Part shown: piece after piece, positions 1-9,294 of the stretch
How the letters are laid out: the number at the start of each line of letters is the position of its first letter
Numbering within the stretch: position 1 is the stretch's first letter
Source of the DNA: Aciduliprofundum boonei T469
Lineage (GTDB): Archaea > Thermoplasmatota > Thermoplasmata > Thermoplasmatales > Aciduliprofundaceae
DNA: 32,000 nucleotides
NCBI RefSeq assembly: GCF_000025665.1
Contig: NC_013926.1
Span: 360,001 to 392,000, forward strand
Reading direction: 5' to 3'
Translations under genes and position numbers: made by a program
Notes under the pieces: model-generated
Told to the model about the DNA's origin: nothing
The model's input: only the letters and a program-made list of their open reading frames with translations
Databases searched by the model: none

Positions 1-2
1 TC

Positions 3-116
3 ATCACCTTTGAGTTGGGAATTATGAAAGCATATAAATACCTTCTCAATGAGAAATATAAGATGCTTGAAAATATAGATGTTCTATCAAAGACATCCTG
101 GGGAGTTGAGAAATAG
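3..116 (+). CDS. Possible 3' end of a CDS that begins upstream of the window
   Basis: Frame 3 is open from base 3 to the TAG at 114-116 (37 codons plus stop). It is too short for a family assignment. Confidence 0.25.
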   Translation: MTFELGIMKAYKYLLNEKYKMLENIDVLSKTSWGVEK

Positions 117-119
117 AGC

Positions 120-332
120 ATGCTTATAGGGTTAATCATTGTAGCCACTGCAGCTTATGGTATTAACCCAAGTATGAATCTTTACAGAGAATTTAAATCA
201 TCAGCTATGTTGAGAGGGATATCCAAAGAATCGGCGGAAAACATTTACAAGATAAAAGATGAAGAGGTGAATATCACCCTTTTTGTAGTATCTCTTGTGC
301 TAATTAGTGTGAGGTGGGATGGATTGTTCTAA
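120..332 (+). CDS. Hypothetical small protein (70 aa) with hydrophobic N- and C-terminal segments
   Basis: ATG-initiated ORF with two hydrophobic stretches (LIGLIIVATAAYG, ITLFVVSLVLISV). No obvious SD and no recognisable domain. Confidence 0.35.
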   Translation: MLIGLIIVATAAYGINPSMNLYREFKSSAMLRGISKESAENIYKIKDEEVNITLFVVSLVLISVRWDGLF

Positions 333-369
333 TCGCAAATAATTTTATATTCTAACTCTATGGTGCCCT

Positions 370-774
370 ATGAAAGAAGAGATTAAGATATTGAAGAGCT
401 TTCTCACCGTGGACTCTCCGGCAGTGCTATTGACGCCCTGCGAATTAAAAAATAAAGATTGGGTTTCTGAGTTAAATTATAGCGAGATAAAATGTACAAG
501 CTTAGATTGCCAAGAGGAAGATAAAGATTGTATAAAAATGAATCCTCAGGGTCTATATCTGCCCCTTCACAGATTTCATGCTTGGATCATCGACCCAGAA
601 TATTTTATATACACTCCAGGTTATGCTTTTTACCTTGGGAGAAGTTCTCTCAAAGAGTTCGGCATAATAGCCCTGACTTCACTCGTAGATGATGCCATGG
701 ACTCCATCGCCCTGAGTTACGGATTTCAGATCCTTCACCACGGCAACTGGCATTATTATCTAAAAGCCACTTAG
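370..774 (+). CDS. Hypothetical protein (134 aa)
   Basis: ATG ORF with protein-like composition in a codirectional gene string. No recognisable motif. Confidence 0.5.
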   Translation: MKEEIKILKSFLTVDSPAVLLTPCELKNKDWVSELNYSEIKCTSLDCQEEDKDCIKMNPQGLYLPLHRFHAWIIDPEYFIYTPGYAFYLGRSSLKEFGIIALTSLVDDAMDSIALSYGFQILHHGNWHYYLKAT

Positions 775-848
775 AGTTATCTCAATTTCCACCAAAACGC
801 AGAAACTTATAAATATATAAAATCACATAATGAATATGGGTGATATTT

Positions 849-1676
849 GTGAAAAGGGGCATCGGGATTCTTGTAATAATGTTTGCCATTTTAATGGTGG
901 CAACAACGGTAAGCGCTCAAACTTTAAATTTTGAGCAAAGTGCTACTTCCGGCAATGTTCTCAACGGAAAAATAGATATAGTGAAGATAGGGGGCTATGC
1001 ACAAGGAGATTACCAGTATTTTTATGTAGTAACAAAAGATAGTGGAATAAATTCACCACCATCCAACTCTGTATACACATTAACAATAGCTATTGAGGCT
1101 AAGGTTGACGGAAAAGATGTGACAGATTATGTAGACATTGTAGTTACATGGACTAATGACAATGGAAATGTGAAAACCCAAGCTATTTTCACCACCTCCA
1201 GCGGCGGAATGTCCACACTAGGAAACAATGATTTAGTCATCTCTGGGAATAAGGTAACTGTGAGGGTACCAGCCACACTATTCCAAGATGTAACTATTTA
1301 CAATGTAGAATTCACCACGGTAAGTACCGGAGGAGGGCAGTTTGCAGGAGATCAAGTGACTTACTATCCAAACTCATCCAGCTCTGGTGAAAGTGGCAAT
1401 AATGATGAAACAGGAACAACAGAAAATGAGTATCCTGAAATGTGGTGGCTAGGTCCCGTGGCAAGTATTGCATGCGTAGCAATATGGTTTATCATATGGA
1501 TTCTTATAGCATTATGGGCATATAAAGATGCAAAGAAGAAGTGCAATGAACATCCGGGCTTGTGGTTCGTAGTAGTATTGCTCTTAGGACTTATAGGAAT
1601 TATAATCTATGTGATTGTTGTAAAGGACGAGTGCAATAAACAGCAAGTTTATGTGCCACCACCACCGCCTTCTTAA
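849..1676 (+). CDS. Secreted or membrane-anchored protein with a signal peptide, a Ser/Gly/Asn-rich linker, two C-terminal TM helices (PLDc_N-like W..W..DA..K motif) and a poly-Pro tail
   Basis: The ORF track starts at GTG 840. GTG 849 is preferred because GGGTGAT (SD-like) lies 5 nt upstream. Signal-like MKRGIGILVIMFAILMVATTVSAQ. C-terminal IWFIIWILIALWAYKDAKKK ... LWFVVVLLLGLIGIIIYVIVV, ending in PPPPPS. Confidence 0.65.
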   Translation: MKRGIGILVIMFAILMVATTVSAQTLNFEQSATSGNVLNGKIDIVKIGGYAQGDYQYFYVVTKDSGINSPPSNSVYTLTIAIEAKVDGKDVTDYVDIVVTWTNDNGNVKTQAIFTTSSGGMSTLGNNDLVISGNKVTVRVPATLFQDVTIYNVEFTTVSTGGGQFAGDQVTYYPNSSSSGESGNNDETGTTENEYPEMWWLGPVASIACVAIWFIIWILIALWAYKDAKKKCNEHPGLWFVVVLLLGLIGIIIYVIVVKDECNKQQVYVPPPPPS

Positions 1677-2482
1677 ACCTCTCTATTTTTTATTTCCAAT
1701 GAAAAATTTATGTGCTTGGCAGAATGAGTTATAAAACCCATAGATATGATATCCACATCGCACTTAGCGTAGTCCTCCAGGGTATCTGGTGTTATTCCTC
1801 CTGAAACTTCTATCAATACACGGTATCTTCTTAACTTCTTTGCTATTTTGCAAACTTCCTCCGGTGAGAGATTGTCCAGCATAATTATGTCCACATCAAG
1901 CTCTGCAGCTTTTATAGCATCTTTCTCATTTTCAACTTCAACTTCAATCTTCTTTGTAAAACTAGCCCTTTTAGCCCTTTTTATTGCCTCTTCTAGTCCA
2001 ACCAAAGCGATGTGATTGTCCTTTATCAAAACCATATCGGCAAGGTTCCAGCGATGTGGGTCTCCTCCCCCAATCTCCACAGCCAATTTGTCCAGATAGC
2101 CCCAGAGAGTTTTGCGTGTTGCTGCTATTCTCACTTTAGAATTTACCTTTCTCGCTTTATCCACCATTTCCCTTGTTAATGTAGCAATACCGCTCATTCT
2201 TCCAAGAATGTTGAGCAAAGTCCTCTCCACACTCAAAATCTTAGCTGCATTTCCTTCAATCTCCATAACCACTTTTCTTCTTTCTACTTTCTCTCCATCA
2301 TCGGCATATTTCTTAACTCCCAATCCAAATTTCTTTAACTTGCTTTCCAAATAATCAATTCCCACAAGAATGCATTCTTCTTTTGCAATTACATCCGCTA
2401 TGGCATTTAAATCCTGAGGAATTATTAAACTTGATGTTAAATCGCCGAAGCTCATATCCTCCTGATACAATTTTTCAAACAT
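1673..2482 (-). CDS. nadC: Nicotinate-nucleotide (quinolinate) pyrophosphorylase
   Basis: 269 aa with QPRTase-like blocks (ATRKT, IIMLDN, EVSGGI). Lies directly downstream of nadA with a 1-nt spacer. Confidence 0.9.
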   Translation of the reverse strand: MFEKLYQEDMSFGDLTSSLIIPQDLNAIADVIAKEECILVGIDYLESKLKKFGLGVKKYADDGEKVERRKVVMEIEGNAAKILSVERTLLNILGRMSGIATLTREMVDKARKVNSKVRIAATRKTLWGYLDKLAVEIGGGDPHRWNLADMVLIKDNHIALVGLEEAIKRAKRASFTKKIEVEVENEKDAIKAAELDVDIIMLDNLSPEEVCKIAKKLRRYRVLIEVSGGITPDTLEDYAKCDVDIISMGFITHSAKHINFSLEIKNREV

Positions 2483-2483
2483 T

Positions 2484-3371
2484 TCAAGATACCTCCAGCA
2501 TTCTCTCTATCGCTTTTCTTGCCTTATTTGCTATATTTTCAGGAACTCTAACTTCATATTTTAAATCTTTCAAACTCTCATAAATTTTTTGCAAGTTTAT
2601 CTGCTTCATTCCAAGGCATATTGCGTAGGGCCAAGCGGGAACAAATTCCCTATCTGGATACTCCATCTTCAAGCGCTCTACCATATCCCTCTCAGTAGCC
2701 ACTATGAACTTCTTTGCGTTGCTCTTGGCCACATACTTAACCATACCACCCGTGCTGGCAATAACATCCGCCTTAGCTTGCAACTCTGCAGGGCATTCTG
2801 GATGAACCATCAAAACTCCATCATACGGGACATTTTCAACATTCAAATTTGTATGAACATAACAATGGCCATTTGGAGGTACAGGAATTATCTTTTTATT
2901 CGTTCTCTCTGCAACATAGTGGGCGAGATTGGAATCCGGACCAAATAAAATTGTATCTGCATCGAGAGAATTAACAACTTTAACGGCATTGGCAGATGTG
3001 CATGTAATATCCGCAAGAGCTTTACAATCTGCGGTGGAATTCACATAGAGCACCACAGTCGCATCAGGATATTTCTTTTTGTACTCTTTTATCAGTTCGG
3101 GAGTTAAAAATCTAGCCATCTCACAGGAGGCAATTTTACTAGGGATGAGAATAAGCTTATCTGGATTCAATATGGCAGCCGTCTCTGCCATAAAATCCAC
3201 CCCTGCAAATACTATGACATCTGCATCCACCTGTGTAGCTTTTCTTGCCAGTTCAAGGGAATCTCCAACAAAATCTGCAATCCTCTGAACCTCTCCAATT
3301 TGATAGTTATGGGCCATTATTATTGCATTTCTCTCCTTTTTTAGCTTCATTATTTCCTCTTTCAGATTCAT
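2484..3371 (-). CDS. nadA: Quinolinate synthase
   Basis: 295 aa with NadA-like blocks ([26 protein letters not shown]). Sits in an operon with nadC and aspartate dehydrogenase. Confidence 0.92.
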   Translation of the reverse strand: MNLKEEIMKLKKERNAIIMAHNYQIGEVQRIADFVGDSLELARKATQVDADVIVFAGVDFMAETAAILNPDKLILIPSKIASCEMARFLTPELIKEYKKKYPDATVVLYVNSTADCKALADITCTSANAVKVVNSLDADTILFGPDSNLAHYVAERTNKKIIPVPPNGHCYVHTNLNVENVPYDGVLMVHPECPAELQAKADVIASTGGMVKYVAKSNAKKFIVATERDMVERLKMEYPDREFVPAWPYAICLGMKQINLQKIYESLKDLKYEVRVPENIANKARKAIERMLEVS

Positions 3372-3374
3372 ATT

Positions 3375-4106
3375 TCACACCCCCATCCTTATCACATCAT
3401 TTAGAGAGCTTATCAAGTAAATGGGAGATAACACTGCAAGATAGCTTGTCTTTGGATTTTGAGGAGATGGTTTGTTTCTAACTCTAATCTCCGCCTCTCC
3501 AAAATCCCCTTCTACCAAAATTTCATGTATATTCTCTTTCACATCGGGATCTGCATAAACTTCCACATCTATATCCATTCCCGCAACTATGGAGAGGAGA
3601 ACTGAAACATTTACGCTTTTTGGAAATTTCTTTATAGCTTCACTGGCCTTTCCCTTGAATACCAAAGTTCTTTCTTTCACATCGTATCCAAGGGTTTTCG
3701 AGTTCTTAGTGCTGCGGAGAGTTACCTTTTTCAATCCCGCAACTTTTGCGGATTTTATCAAATCTATGCCACCAATGGCTCCCGAGGGTAAATAGATATG
3801 CGCTCCATTTTTCCTCGCAAGCGTAAATATCTTCTCTCTGAATTTCACATCTGCAAGGCCCCCAACACTCATTATGAGCATATCTTTTCCCTTTTCTATA
3901 ATCTTGGGAGCGTAGTCAATCACAGCTTGCGGGGATGCTGCTTCTACTATAAAATCACACTCGTCTATTAACTCATCCACATTGTTGCAAACGTTAGCAT
4001 CTATATCCTCACATTTAGACATTACAACATCGTAAACTGCTTGAACTTGAAAGCTTTTAGCAATATTATGCGCAATGTTTCCACATCCAATTATACCTAT
4101 TTTCAT
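3375..4106 (-). CDS. nadX: L-aspartate dehydrogenase (NAD biosynthesis, archaeal/Thermotoga-type first step)
   Basis: N-terminal Rossmann motif MKIGIIGCGNIA and a C-terminal PQNPKTS block. Context is upstream of nadA-nadC. ATG 4106 is chosen because AAGGTGAT lies about 5 nt upstream; the ORF track offers ATG 4124. Confidence 0.8.
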   Translation of the reverse strand: MKIGIIGCGNIAHNIAKSFQVQAVYDVVMSKCEDIDANVCNNVDELIDECDFIVEAASPQAVIDYAPKIIEKGKDMLIMSVGGLADVKFREKIFTLARKNGAHIYLPSGAIGGIDLIKSAKVAGLKKVTLRSTKNSKTLGYDVKERTLVFKGKASEAIKKFPKSVNVSVLLSIVAGMDIDVEVYADPDVKENIHEILVEGDFGEAEIRVRNKPSPQNPKTSYLAVLSPIYLISSLNDVIRMGV

Positions 4107-4213
4107 GAGCATCACCTTGAACATATGTTCAGGGGGTTATTACAAACTCCAATTTTAATCTTGCGAGAAAAGTTTCAAAAAATTTAAATTCAATAAGTTT
4201 CTTCTTCAATTGC

Positions 4214-5194
4214 ATGCAGGAGAAAATACTTAGAATTTTAATAAATGCCGGAAAAAATGGCATATTACAAGAAGAATTTACAAAAAAGTATGGTATAAGC
4301 AAGAGCACAGTTTCTACCATACTCTCCAAATTTGAAGATGAGGGTAAAATTGTGAGAAAGAGAGTAGCTGGAAAATCTTACAGAGTATGGCATGTGGAAT
4401 ATTCTCCATTCCCCATACCCGATGTTTTAAGAGTGGGCATAGGAAGAGCAACAGAGTATCCAGCGGTGCTTTTAGCTTATAAGGATTCGGATTATCCCAA
4501 AATTGAACTTAAAATTTACAAAAACGCATTCACCTTAACAAAGGATCTCGCAGAAGGCTATTTGGATGTGGGCTGCTCTCCCCTAATAACCCAAGTGCTA
4601 TTCGCGTTAGTATATAGAAACATAAAAATTAGAGCTGGATGCGGTTTTAGAGGTGGGGGCATTGCATTGAGGGTTTCTAATCCAAAAATATTTGGAAGCA
4701 GCGAACTTTCCACAATGGAATTCTCACTTAGAACCTATATAGAGAAGACGGGCATAGACGCACAAATAAGATACTTTCCCTCCCCGGATAGGATGATTAA
4801 AGCCCTTGGAAGTGGCGAAGTGGATGCAATTGCCATATGGGAACCCTTTGTCACAGAACTATCTCAAAGGTATAAGATCATTCGATTTGAGGAGCTCTTC
4901 GGGAGATACCCATGCTGCACTCTAGCTACAAACATGCAAACTGAGAATTCAAAAGAGGTAAGAGAGTTCCTTAAAATTTATAAAAATGCAGTGGAGCAAC
5001 TGGAAGAAAGAAAAGATGAGGCAATATCTCTGGAAGCTAAGTTTTTGAGAATTAAAAAAGCTAGAATTGAAAAAGCCTTTTACGGCTTTGATTACGATTG
5101 GAAACTTGATATGAATGTTGCTTCAAAATTTTTGGAAGAATTCGGACTCAAACTAACAAATGCAAGCAAAGCAAGGATTTTCAATCTGCTATGA
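4214..5194 (+). CDS. Putative transcriptional regulator: N-terminal winged HTH fused to a periplasmic-binding-protein-like (NMT1/SsuA-like) ligand domain
   Basis: N-terminus ILRILINAGKNGILQEEFTKKYGISKSTVSTILSKFEDEGKIVRK is wHTH-like. The remainder has SBP-like alternating beta/alpha composition (VDAIAIWEPF). Divergent from the NAD operon. Confidence 0.6.
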   Translation: MQEKILRILINAGKNGILQEEFTKKYGISKSTVSTILSKFEDEGKIVRKRVAGKSYRVWHVEYSPFPIPDVLRVGIGRATEYPAVLLAYKDSDYPKIELKIYKNAFTLTKDLAEGYLDVGCSPLITQVLFALVYRNIKIRAGCGFRGGGIALRVSNPKIFGSSELSTMEFSLRTYIEKTGIDAQIRYFPSPDRMIKALGSGEVDAIAIWEPFVTELSQRYKIIRFEELFGRYPCCTLATNMQTENSKEVREFLKIYKNAVEQLEERKDEAISLEAKFLRIKKARIEKAFYGFDYDWKLDMNVASKFLEEFGLKLTNASKARIFNLL

Positions 5195-5261
5195 GCAATA
5201 TTAAACTCCTTCCCCGCAGAGCAATAATGATAAATCCTGTAAATGCAAAGAAGTACGCATA

Positions 5262-6128
5262 TCACCCTTTATATCCTTTTTTACGAGCCACATAGTAAAG
5301 ATAATCAGGATAGAACCTCTCATCCACAATGATCTCATAGATAACTCTTTTTACACCTTTCATTGCTATTATCTCTTCCATTATATCGTCTATTTCTTTT
5401 ATGGATGTCCCATAGAATACTCCATAAACCATCTTGGGCTCTGCAAAACTAGATGTCCTCCATAGATTATTTATTCTTTTGACCTTACTTTCAAATAAAG
5501 GATCATCGGTTTCTATGAATAGAGAGAACCAGAATATCTCCTTGGTAGAGGGCCTGTTGACAATGGGATATGCCCTACAAATATCTTCCTCTTTTAACCA
5601 TCTCCATCTTTTCGATACTGTTTTTGTTGAAACTCCTACCTCCTCTGCCACCTCTCTAAAAGGTCTCCTCGCATTATCTTTCAACGCAAGTATTATTTTC
5701 CAATCCAAAGGAGATAAATCCATTTCCTTTTCCTTTCTATGCTTATAAATCTCAATTCTATATGCCCCCGTGAGCTTTTTGAGATAATTTACCTTGTCAT
5801 TTAACTCATATTCATCTACATACCAGAATTCCCCATAATACCTTCCTCCAAATCCTGCTATGATATGCATCACGCCACTGAGTTCACTTATAATGCTCAT
5901 AACTTCATCCCTCTTTTTCCTAGCTCTTATTGAAATCACAGCACTATTAAGAACTTTATCCATATTGAGAAGAATGGTAAATCCCCTCAGCTCTCCTCTT
6001 TTCTCCATAGCTTTAATCCTTTTGTAAACGGCTGCATTTGATAACCCTACCTTATCAGCAATTCTATATATGGGCATTCTTCCATCTTCCCACAACAGCT
6101 TGAGAATTCTTACATCTACTTCGTCCAT
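5262..6128 (-). CDS. Lrp/AsnC-family transcriptional regulator with two tandem HTH modules
   Basis: Two AsnC-type HTH segments: VDVRILKLLWEDGRMPIYRIADKVGLSNAAVYKRIKAMEKRG and LDWKIILALKDNARRPFREVAEEVGVSTKTVSKRWRWL. Confidence 0.75.
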   Translation of the reverse strand: MDEVDVRILKLLWEDGRMPIYRIADKVGLSNAAVYKRIKAMEKRGELRGFTILLNMDKVLNSAVISIRARKKRDEVMSIISELSGVMHIIAGFGGRYYGEFWYVDEYELNDKVNYLKKLTGAYRIEIYKHRKEKEMDLSPLDWKIILALKDNARRPFREVAEEVGVSTKTVSKRWRWLKEEDICRAYPIVNRPSTKEIFWFSLFIETDDPLFESKVKRINNLWRTSSFAEPKMVYGVFYGTSIKEIDDIMEEIIAMKGVKRVIYEIIVDERFYPDYLYYVARKKGYKG

Positions 6129-6370
6129 AAATATGATATTGTTTTATCGTATATTTATTTTCCTGTTTTAGAACTTTAAGTTAAGAATTTTTACTAAATA
6201 CGCATTATTTTGCAAAATTTTTCCTTTTTATGAATAAGCATTTAAATATATGGTGAATATAAGAGAAATTAGGATATCACAGGAGGTGATAAAAATGATA
6301 GAGATCATGCTGATGATTGGAAAGAACAGGGCCGAGGAGATGAGAAGGAAAAAGTAATCACGCTGACACC

Positions 6371-7006
6371 CTACCCCTTTTTATTTTCTTTGTAATATTT
6401 GCAGTATTTTTTTATTGGACATACATCGCATTTAGGCGCCACAGGTCTACATATCGTGCGCCCGAACATCACCAATAGCTCGTTAATATCTTTCCAATAT
6501 TTCTTCAGGAGAACTTTCATAAGCTCCCTTTCTGTTTCCTCTGGAGTTTTTGTGTTAACCCAGCCGAGGCGATTTGAAATGCGGTGCACATGTGTATCAA
6601 CAGCAATTACATCCTTATCATAACATCTTGAAAGCACTATATTTGCAGTTTTTCTGCCAACGCCCGGCAATTTTAACAGTTCCTCCAGATTATCTGGAAC
6701 TTTGCCATCATAATCCTCATCAATAATCTTAGCTATTTCCTTTATTTTCTTTGCTTTTTGCTTGTAAAATCCAGCAGGATAGATGAGATGAGCTATATCA
6801 TCTGTAGGTGCATTTTTCAAATCTCTGGGTAAAGGATACTTCCCAAATAATTTCTCAGCAACGGTGTAGGTGACTTCATCCTTGGTGCGCTGGGAAATTA
6901 CCGTTGCAATTAGGACTTTAAACGGCTCTCGGGACTTGTAAGGGTGTGGAGGTACATTAGCCCGAAGGATCTCCATAACCTTCCCTATATCCTCATCTTT
7001 CACCAT
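6371..7006 (-). CDS. nth: Endonuclease III (DNA glycosylase/AP lyase)
   Basis: HhH-GPD motif [23 protein letters not shown], and a C-terminal Cx6Cx2Cx5C [4Fe-4S] loop ([17 protein letters not shown]). Confidence 0.9.
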   Translation of the reverse strand: MVKDEDIGKVMEILRANVPPHPYKSREPFKVLIATVISQRTKDEVTYTVAEKLFGKYPLPRDLKNAPTDDIAHLIYPAGFYKQKAKKIKEIAKIIDEDYDGKVPDNLEELLKLPGVGRKTANIVLSRCYDKDVIAVDTHVHRISNRLGWVNTKTPEETERELMKVLLKKYWKDINELLVMFGRTICRPVAPKCDVCPIKKYCKYYKENKKG

Positions 7007-7088
7007 CCTTCATCGTTAGGATTTATTAAAAACTATCTAATTCTTTTTCCCAAAAAATTTATAATTTTCATAACTATACCCCCTTGCA

Positions 7089-7457
7089 ATGGATATTGTC
7101 ACTTATGATATTTTATACACTGTGCTTAAAAAGCTGTTGGGGCACAAGCTTGAAGATAAGGACATCAAAAATTTAGCAGAATATGTGATAAATTTCTTTG
7201 GATACCAAGATAGGATAATAGATAATATGCTAACTCCTGCGGATAGGGATGTGTTTTACTACCTTGAAGAACTGGAAGTTGTTAAGCCTTTAGAGGAGGA
7301 GATAACAATATCCAAGGGAAAACTCTGGCGCATACACTATTGGATTTACAGAAAGGACAAAATTGAAGAAATTCTGAATCAACATATGGAAGAAAAGAAG
7401 GAAGAAAGCCCAGAGGATTTTTACAAAAAACTATTTGAAGAAATGGGAGAAGAGTAG
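7089..7457 (+). CDS. Hypothetical protein (122 aa) with an acidic C-terminus
   Basis: ATG ORF with protein-like composition. Its stop codon abuts the 3' end of the convergent tRNA-Gln. Confidence 0.55.
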   Translation: MDIVTYDILYTVLKKLLGHKLEDKDIKNLAEYVINFFGYQDRIIDNMLTPADRDVFYYLEELEVVKPLEEEITISKGKLWRIHYWIYRKDKIEEILNQHMEEKKEESPEDFYKKLFEEMGEE

Positions 7458-7578
7458 CAGCCCCGGGAGGATTCGAACCCCCGTCGCGGGATCTCCTCGA
7501 AGCCCTTTGGGGGTAAAGCACCTTTTCCAAAGGGGCTTCGCCAAAGTCCCGCATGCTTGACCGCTACACCACGGGGCT
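7458..7578 (-). tRNA. tRNA-Gln(UUG) with a 48-nt intron (7493..7540) at the canonical 37/38 position
   Basis: Hand-folded cloverleaf: acceptor AGCCCCG/CGGGGCT, T-arm GGGGG-TTCGAAT-CCTCC, anticodon stem CGGGA/TCCCG, loop CU-UUG-G|intron|A. Mature length 73 nt. CCA is not encoded. Confidence 0.85.
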
Positions 7579-7622
7579 ATGCCTTTAGAGCAAAGATGCT
7601 ATATTTTTCACCTATTTTAACT

Positions 7623-7934
7623 TTATTTTTCACCCAACTTCTCTTCCATAAAATTCAAAATGATATTGGCTCGAGGGAGCATCTCCTCCTCATACATATC
7701 CTTTGGATAATAATTTACAAGGGCATTCAAAACCGCACCTACGGCTCTTTCTTCTTTATCTTTCACATCTTCCAATTTTGCATACTCTTCTTTAACTTTA
7801 TTCACAAATTCTTTTTTAAGCTTTATCTCATCACTGCTGTCCTTAAATATTCCATGCTTCATCATATCCACTATGAGCGCCATACTCAGATGCTCTACAT
7901 ACTCCTCTAACAGCTTGCAATATTCCTCGTCCAT
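7623..7934 (-). CDS. Hypothetical protein (103 aa), charged and helical
   Basis: ATG ORF with plausible composition. The overlapping plus-strand ORF 7557..7910 is Phe/Ile-rich and starts inside the tRNA, so the minus-strand ORF is preferred. Confidence 0.5.
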   Translation of the reverse strand: MDEEYCKLLEEYVEHLSMALIVDMMKHGIFKDSSDEIKLKKEFVNKVKEEYAKLEDVKDKEERAVGAVLNALVNYYPKDMYEEEMLPRANIILNFMEEKLGEK

Positions 7935-7968
7935 ATATGCGTTAGGATGGTTTCATATAAAAATATAT

Positions 7969-8442
7969 TCATTTAAGATATTCGGGCAAGAACTTCAACA
8001 TATCTTTGTAGATTGGATACCCTATCTCGCTATATTCTTTTGCCTGATATGCCATTTCCGCTTTATCTACTTCTCTAGCAAGCATGGCTTCTCCAGAATC
8101 ACCATAATTGAACTCTATCCAGAGAAGGTATATATCATCAATCTCAGCCATTTCGGCTATCTCCTTTATCGCTTTCTCCTCAACATCCAATTTATCCATA
8201 AACTTCTCGCCTTCAGGGGTTATATCTCCTATTAGCGATTCTGCTAAGTCATGGATGAGAAGCATGCCTACAACTTTCTCTGCATTCAATCCCCTATCCT
8301 TTGCCAAAAAATAGCCAAGAAGAGCAGCACGAAAACTATGCTCAGCAATGCTTTCCGGAGATGGTATACCTCTCATAACCCAACCAGTTCTCTTCATTCT
8401 TTTCAATCTTCCTGCATAATTCATAAGAGCACGGAAATTCAT
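7969..8442 (-). CDS. HD-domain phosphohydrolase (YfbR-like 5'-deoxynucleotidase family)
   Basis: H...HD...D motifs: AEHSFRAALL and LLIHDLAESLIGDITP. ATG 8442 (MNFRALMNY) is chosen to avoid overlap with the upstream TatD-like gene; the ORF track start is 8505. Confidence 0.8.
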   Translation of the reverse strand: MNFRALMNYAGRLKRMKRTGWVMRGIPSPESIAEHSFRAALLGYFLAKDRGLNAEKVVGMLLIHDLAESLIGDITPEGEKFMDKLDVEEKAIKEIAEMAEIDDIYLLWIEFNYGDSGEAMLAREVDKAEMAYQAKEYSEIGYPIYKDMLKFLPEYLK

Positions 8443-8464
8443 AGTAGGACATTGCAACAAATTA

Positions 8465-9292
8465 TTAAATCCATTCTTCAAATCTCGTATATATCCTCCT
8501 TGCATTATCCATTATTTCACACCAAGTATCCTGCCCATATTCTTGCACAATCCACTGTGCTCTTTTTGGCACGGATTCTATGGGTAAAACAGCATTTGGC
8601 CTAGAAGGCTCATCCATAAAATCTGTCTCTAAGAGAAACCGGGTACCTTGAGAAAGAGCTAAGCGAACATTCTTGCGAGACGCAATCACCGAGGGAAATA
8701 TACCAAAATTACGAGAGTCCACAACGGGCGGAGAGTAATGCTTTATGACCCTATCCTTAGGCAATCCTACTTTCCCGGCGAATTCTGCAAGATCTTTCCA
8801 TGTTCTTTCTGTTGCGCTTTCGGTATGCAAAATTACAGGCACATCAAGTTTCTTTGCATACTTCATACTCTCCAAAATAACTTCATTACTGGCATTCCAT
8901 ATCTCATCGCTAACATCAAAATGAGGTCTACCAACTTCCCCAATTGCATGGGCTTCTCCCTCTTCAATGTATTTAGATGCAAGCTCCAACCCATCAATCA
9001 AAAACTCTTTTGCACTCTCAACTGTCATTCCTCCATTAACCAGTTCAACCATATCTACTGGATAAGGCCCAAGAGTCAATAAAACTTTTACATTCGTCTC
9101 TCTTTCAACAATCTTTTTAAGTTTCACTGTGTCTTCATAGATGCGAAGATAATAATTTTCATCGAGGGGATATGAATAATTCGGTACATTGGTTAAATTT
9201 ATATGTGTGCCACCGAATTTTTCAAAGCGCTTAACAGCAGCAACATTCTCTCCTTTAAATTGTAGGTGCATGTGATTATCAAACACGAGCAT
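8465..9292 (-). CDS. TatD-related metal-dependent hydrolase
   Basis: N-terminal HxH (FDNHMHL), plus later ILHTESA and LLETDFMDEP, which are typical TIM-barrel amidohydrolase/TatD metal ligands. Confidence 0.8.
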   Translation of the reverse strand: MLVFDNHMHLQFKGENVAAVKRFEKFGGTHINLTNVPNYSYPLDENYYLRIYEDTVKLKKIVERETNVKVLLTLGPYPVDMVELVNGGMTVESAKEFLIDGLELASKYIEEGEAHAIGEVGRPHFDVSDEIWNASNEVILESMKYAKKLDVPVILHTESATERTWKDLAEFAGKVGLPKDRVIKHYSPPVVDSRNFGIFPSVIASRKNVRLALSQGTRFLLETDFMDEPSRPNAVLPIESVPKRAQWIVQEYGQDTWCEIMDNARRIYTRFEEWI

Positions 9293-9294
9293 TC

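Noticed and set aside
4129-4329. 66-aa minus-strand ORF in the nadX/regulator spacer
   Set aside because: It overlaps the 5' end of the 4214 regulator CDS and the promoter spacer. It has no SD and no recognisable features.
7282-7554. 90-aa minus-strand ORF
   Set aside because: It runs through tRNA-Gln and its intron and overlaps the 3' end of the convergent 7089..7457 CDS. Its Arg/Pro/Gly-rich translation is what is expected from reading tRNA sequence.
7557-7910. 117-aa plus-strand ORF
   Set aside because: It starts inside the tRNA-Gln gene and has a Phe/Ile/Leu-rich low-complexity translation. It is antisense to the better-looking 7623..7934 ORF.
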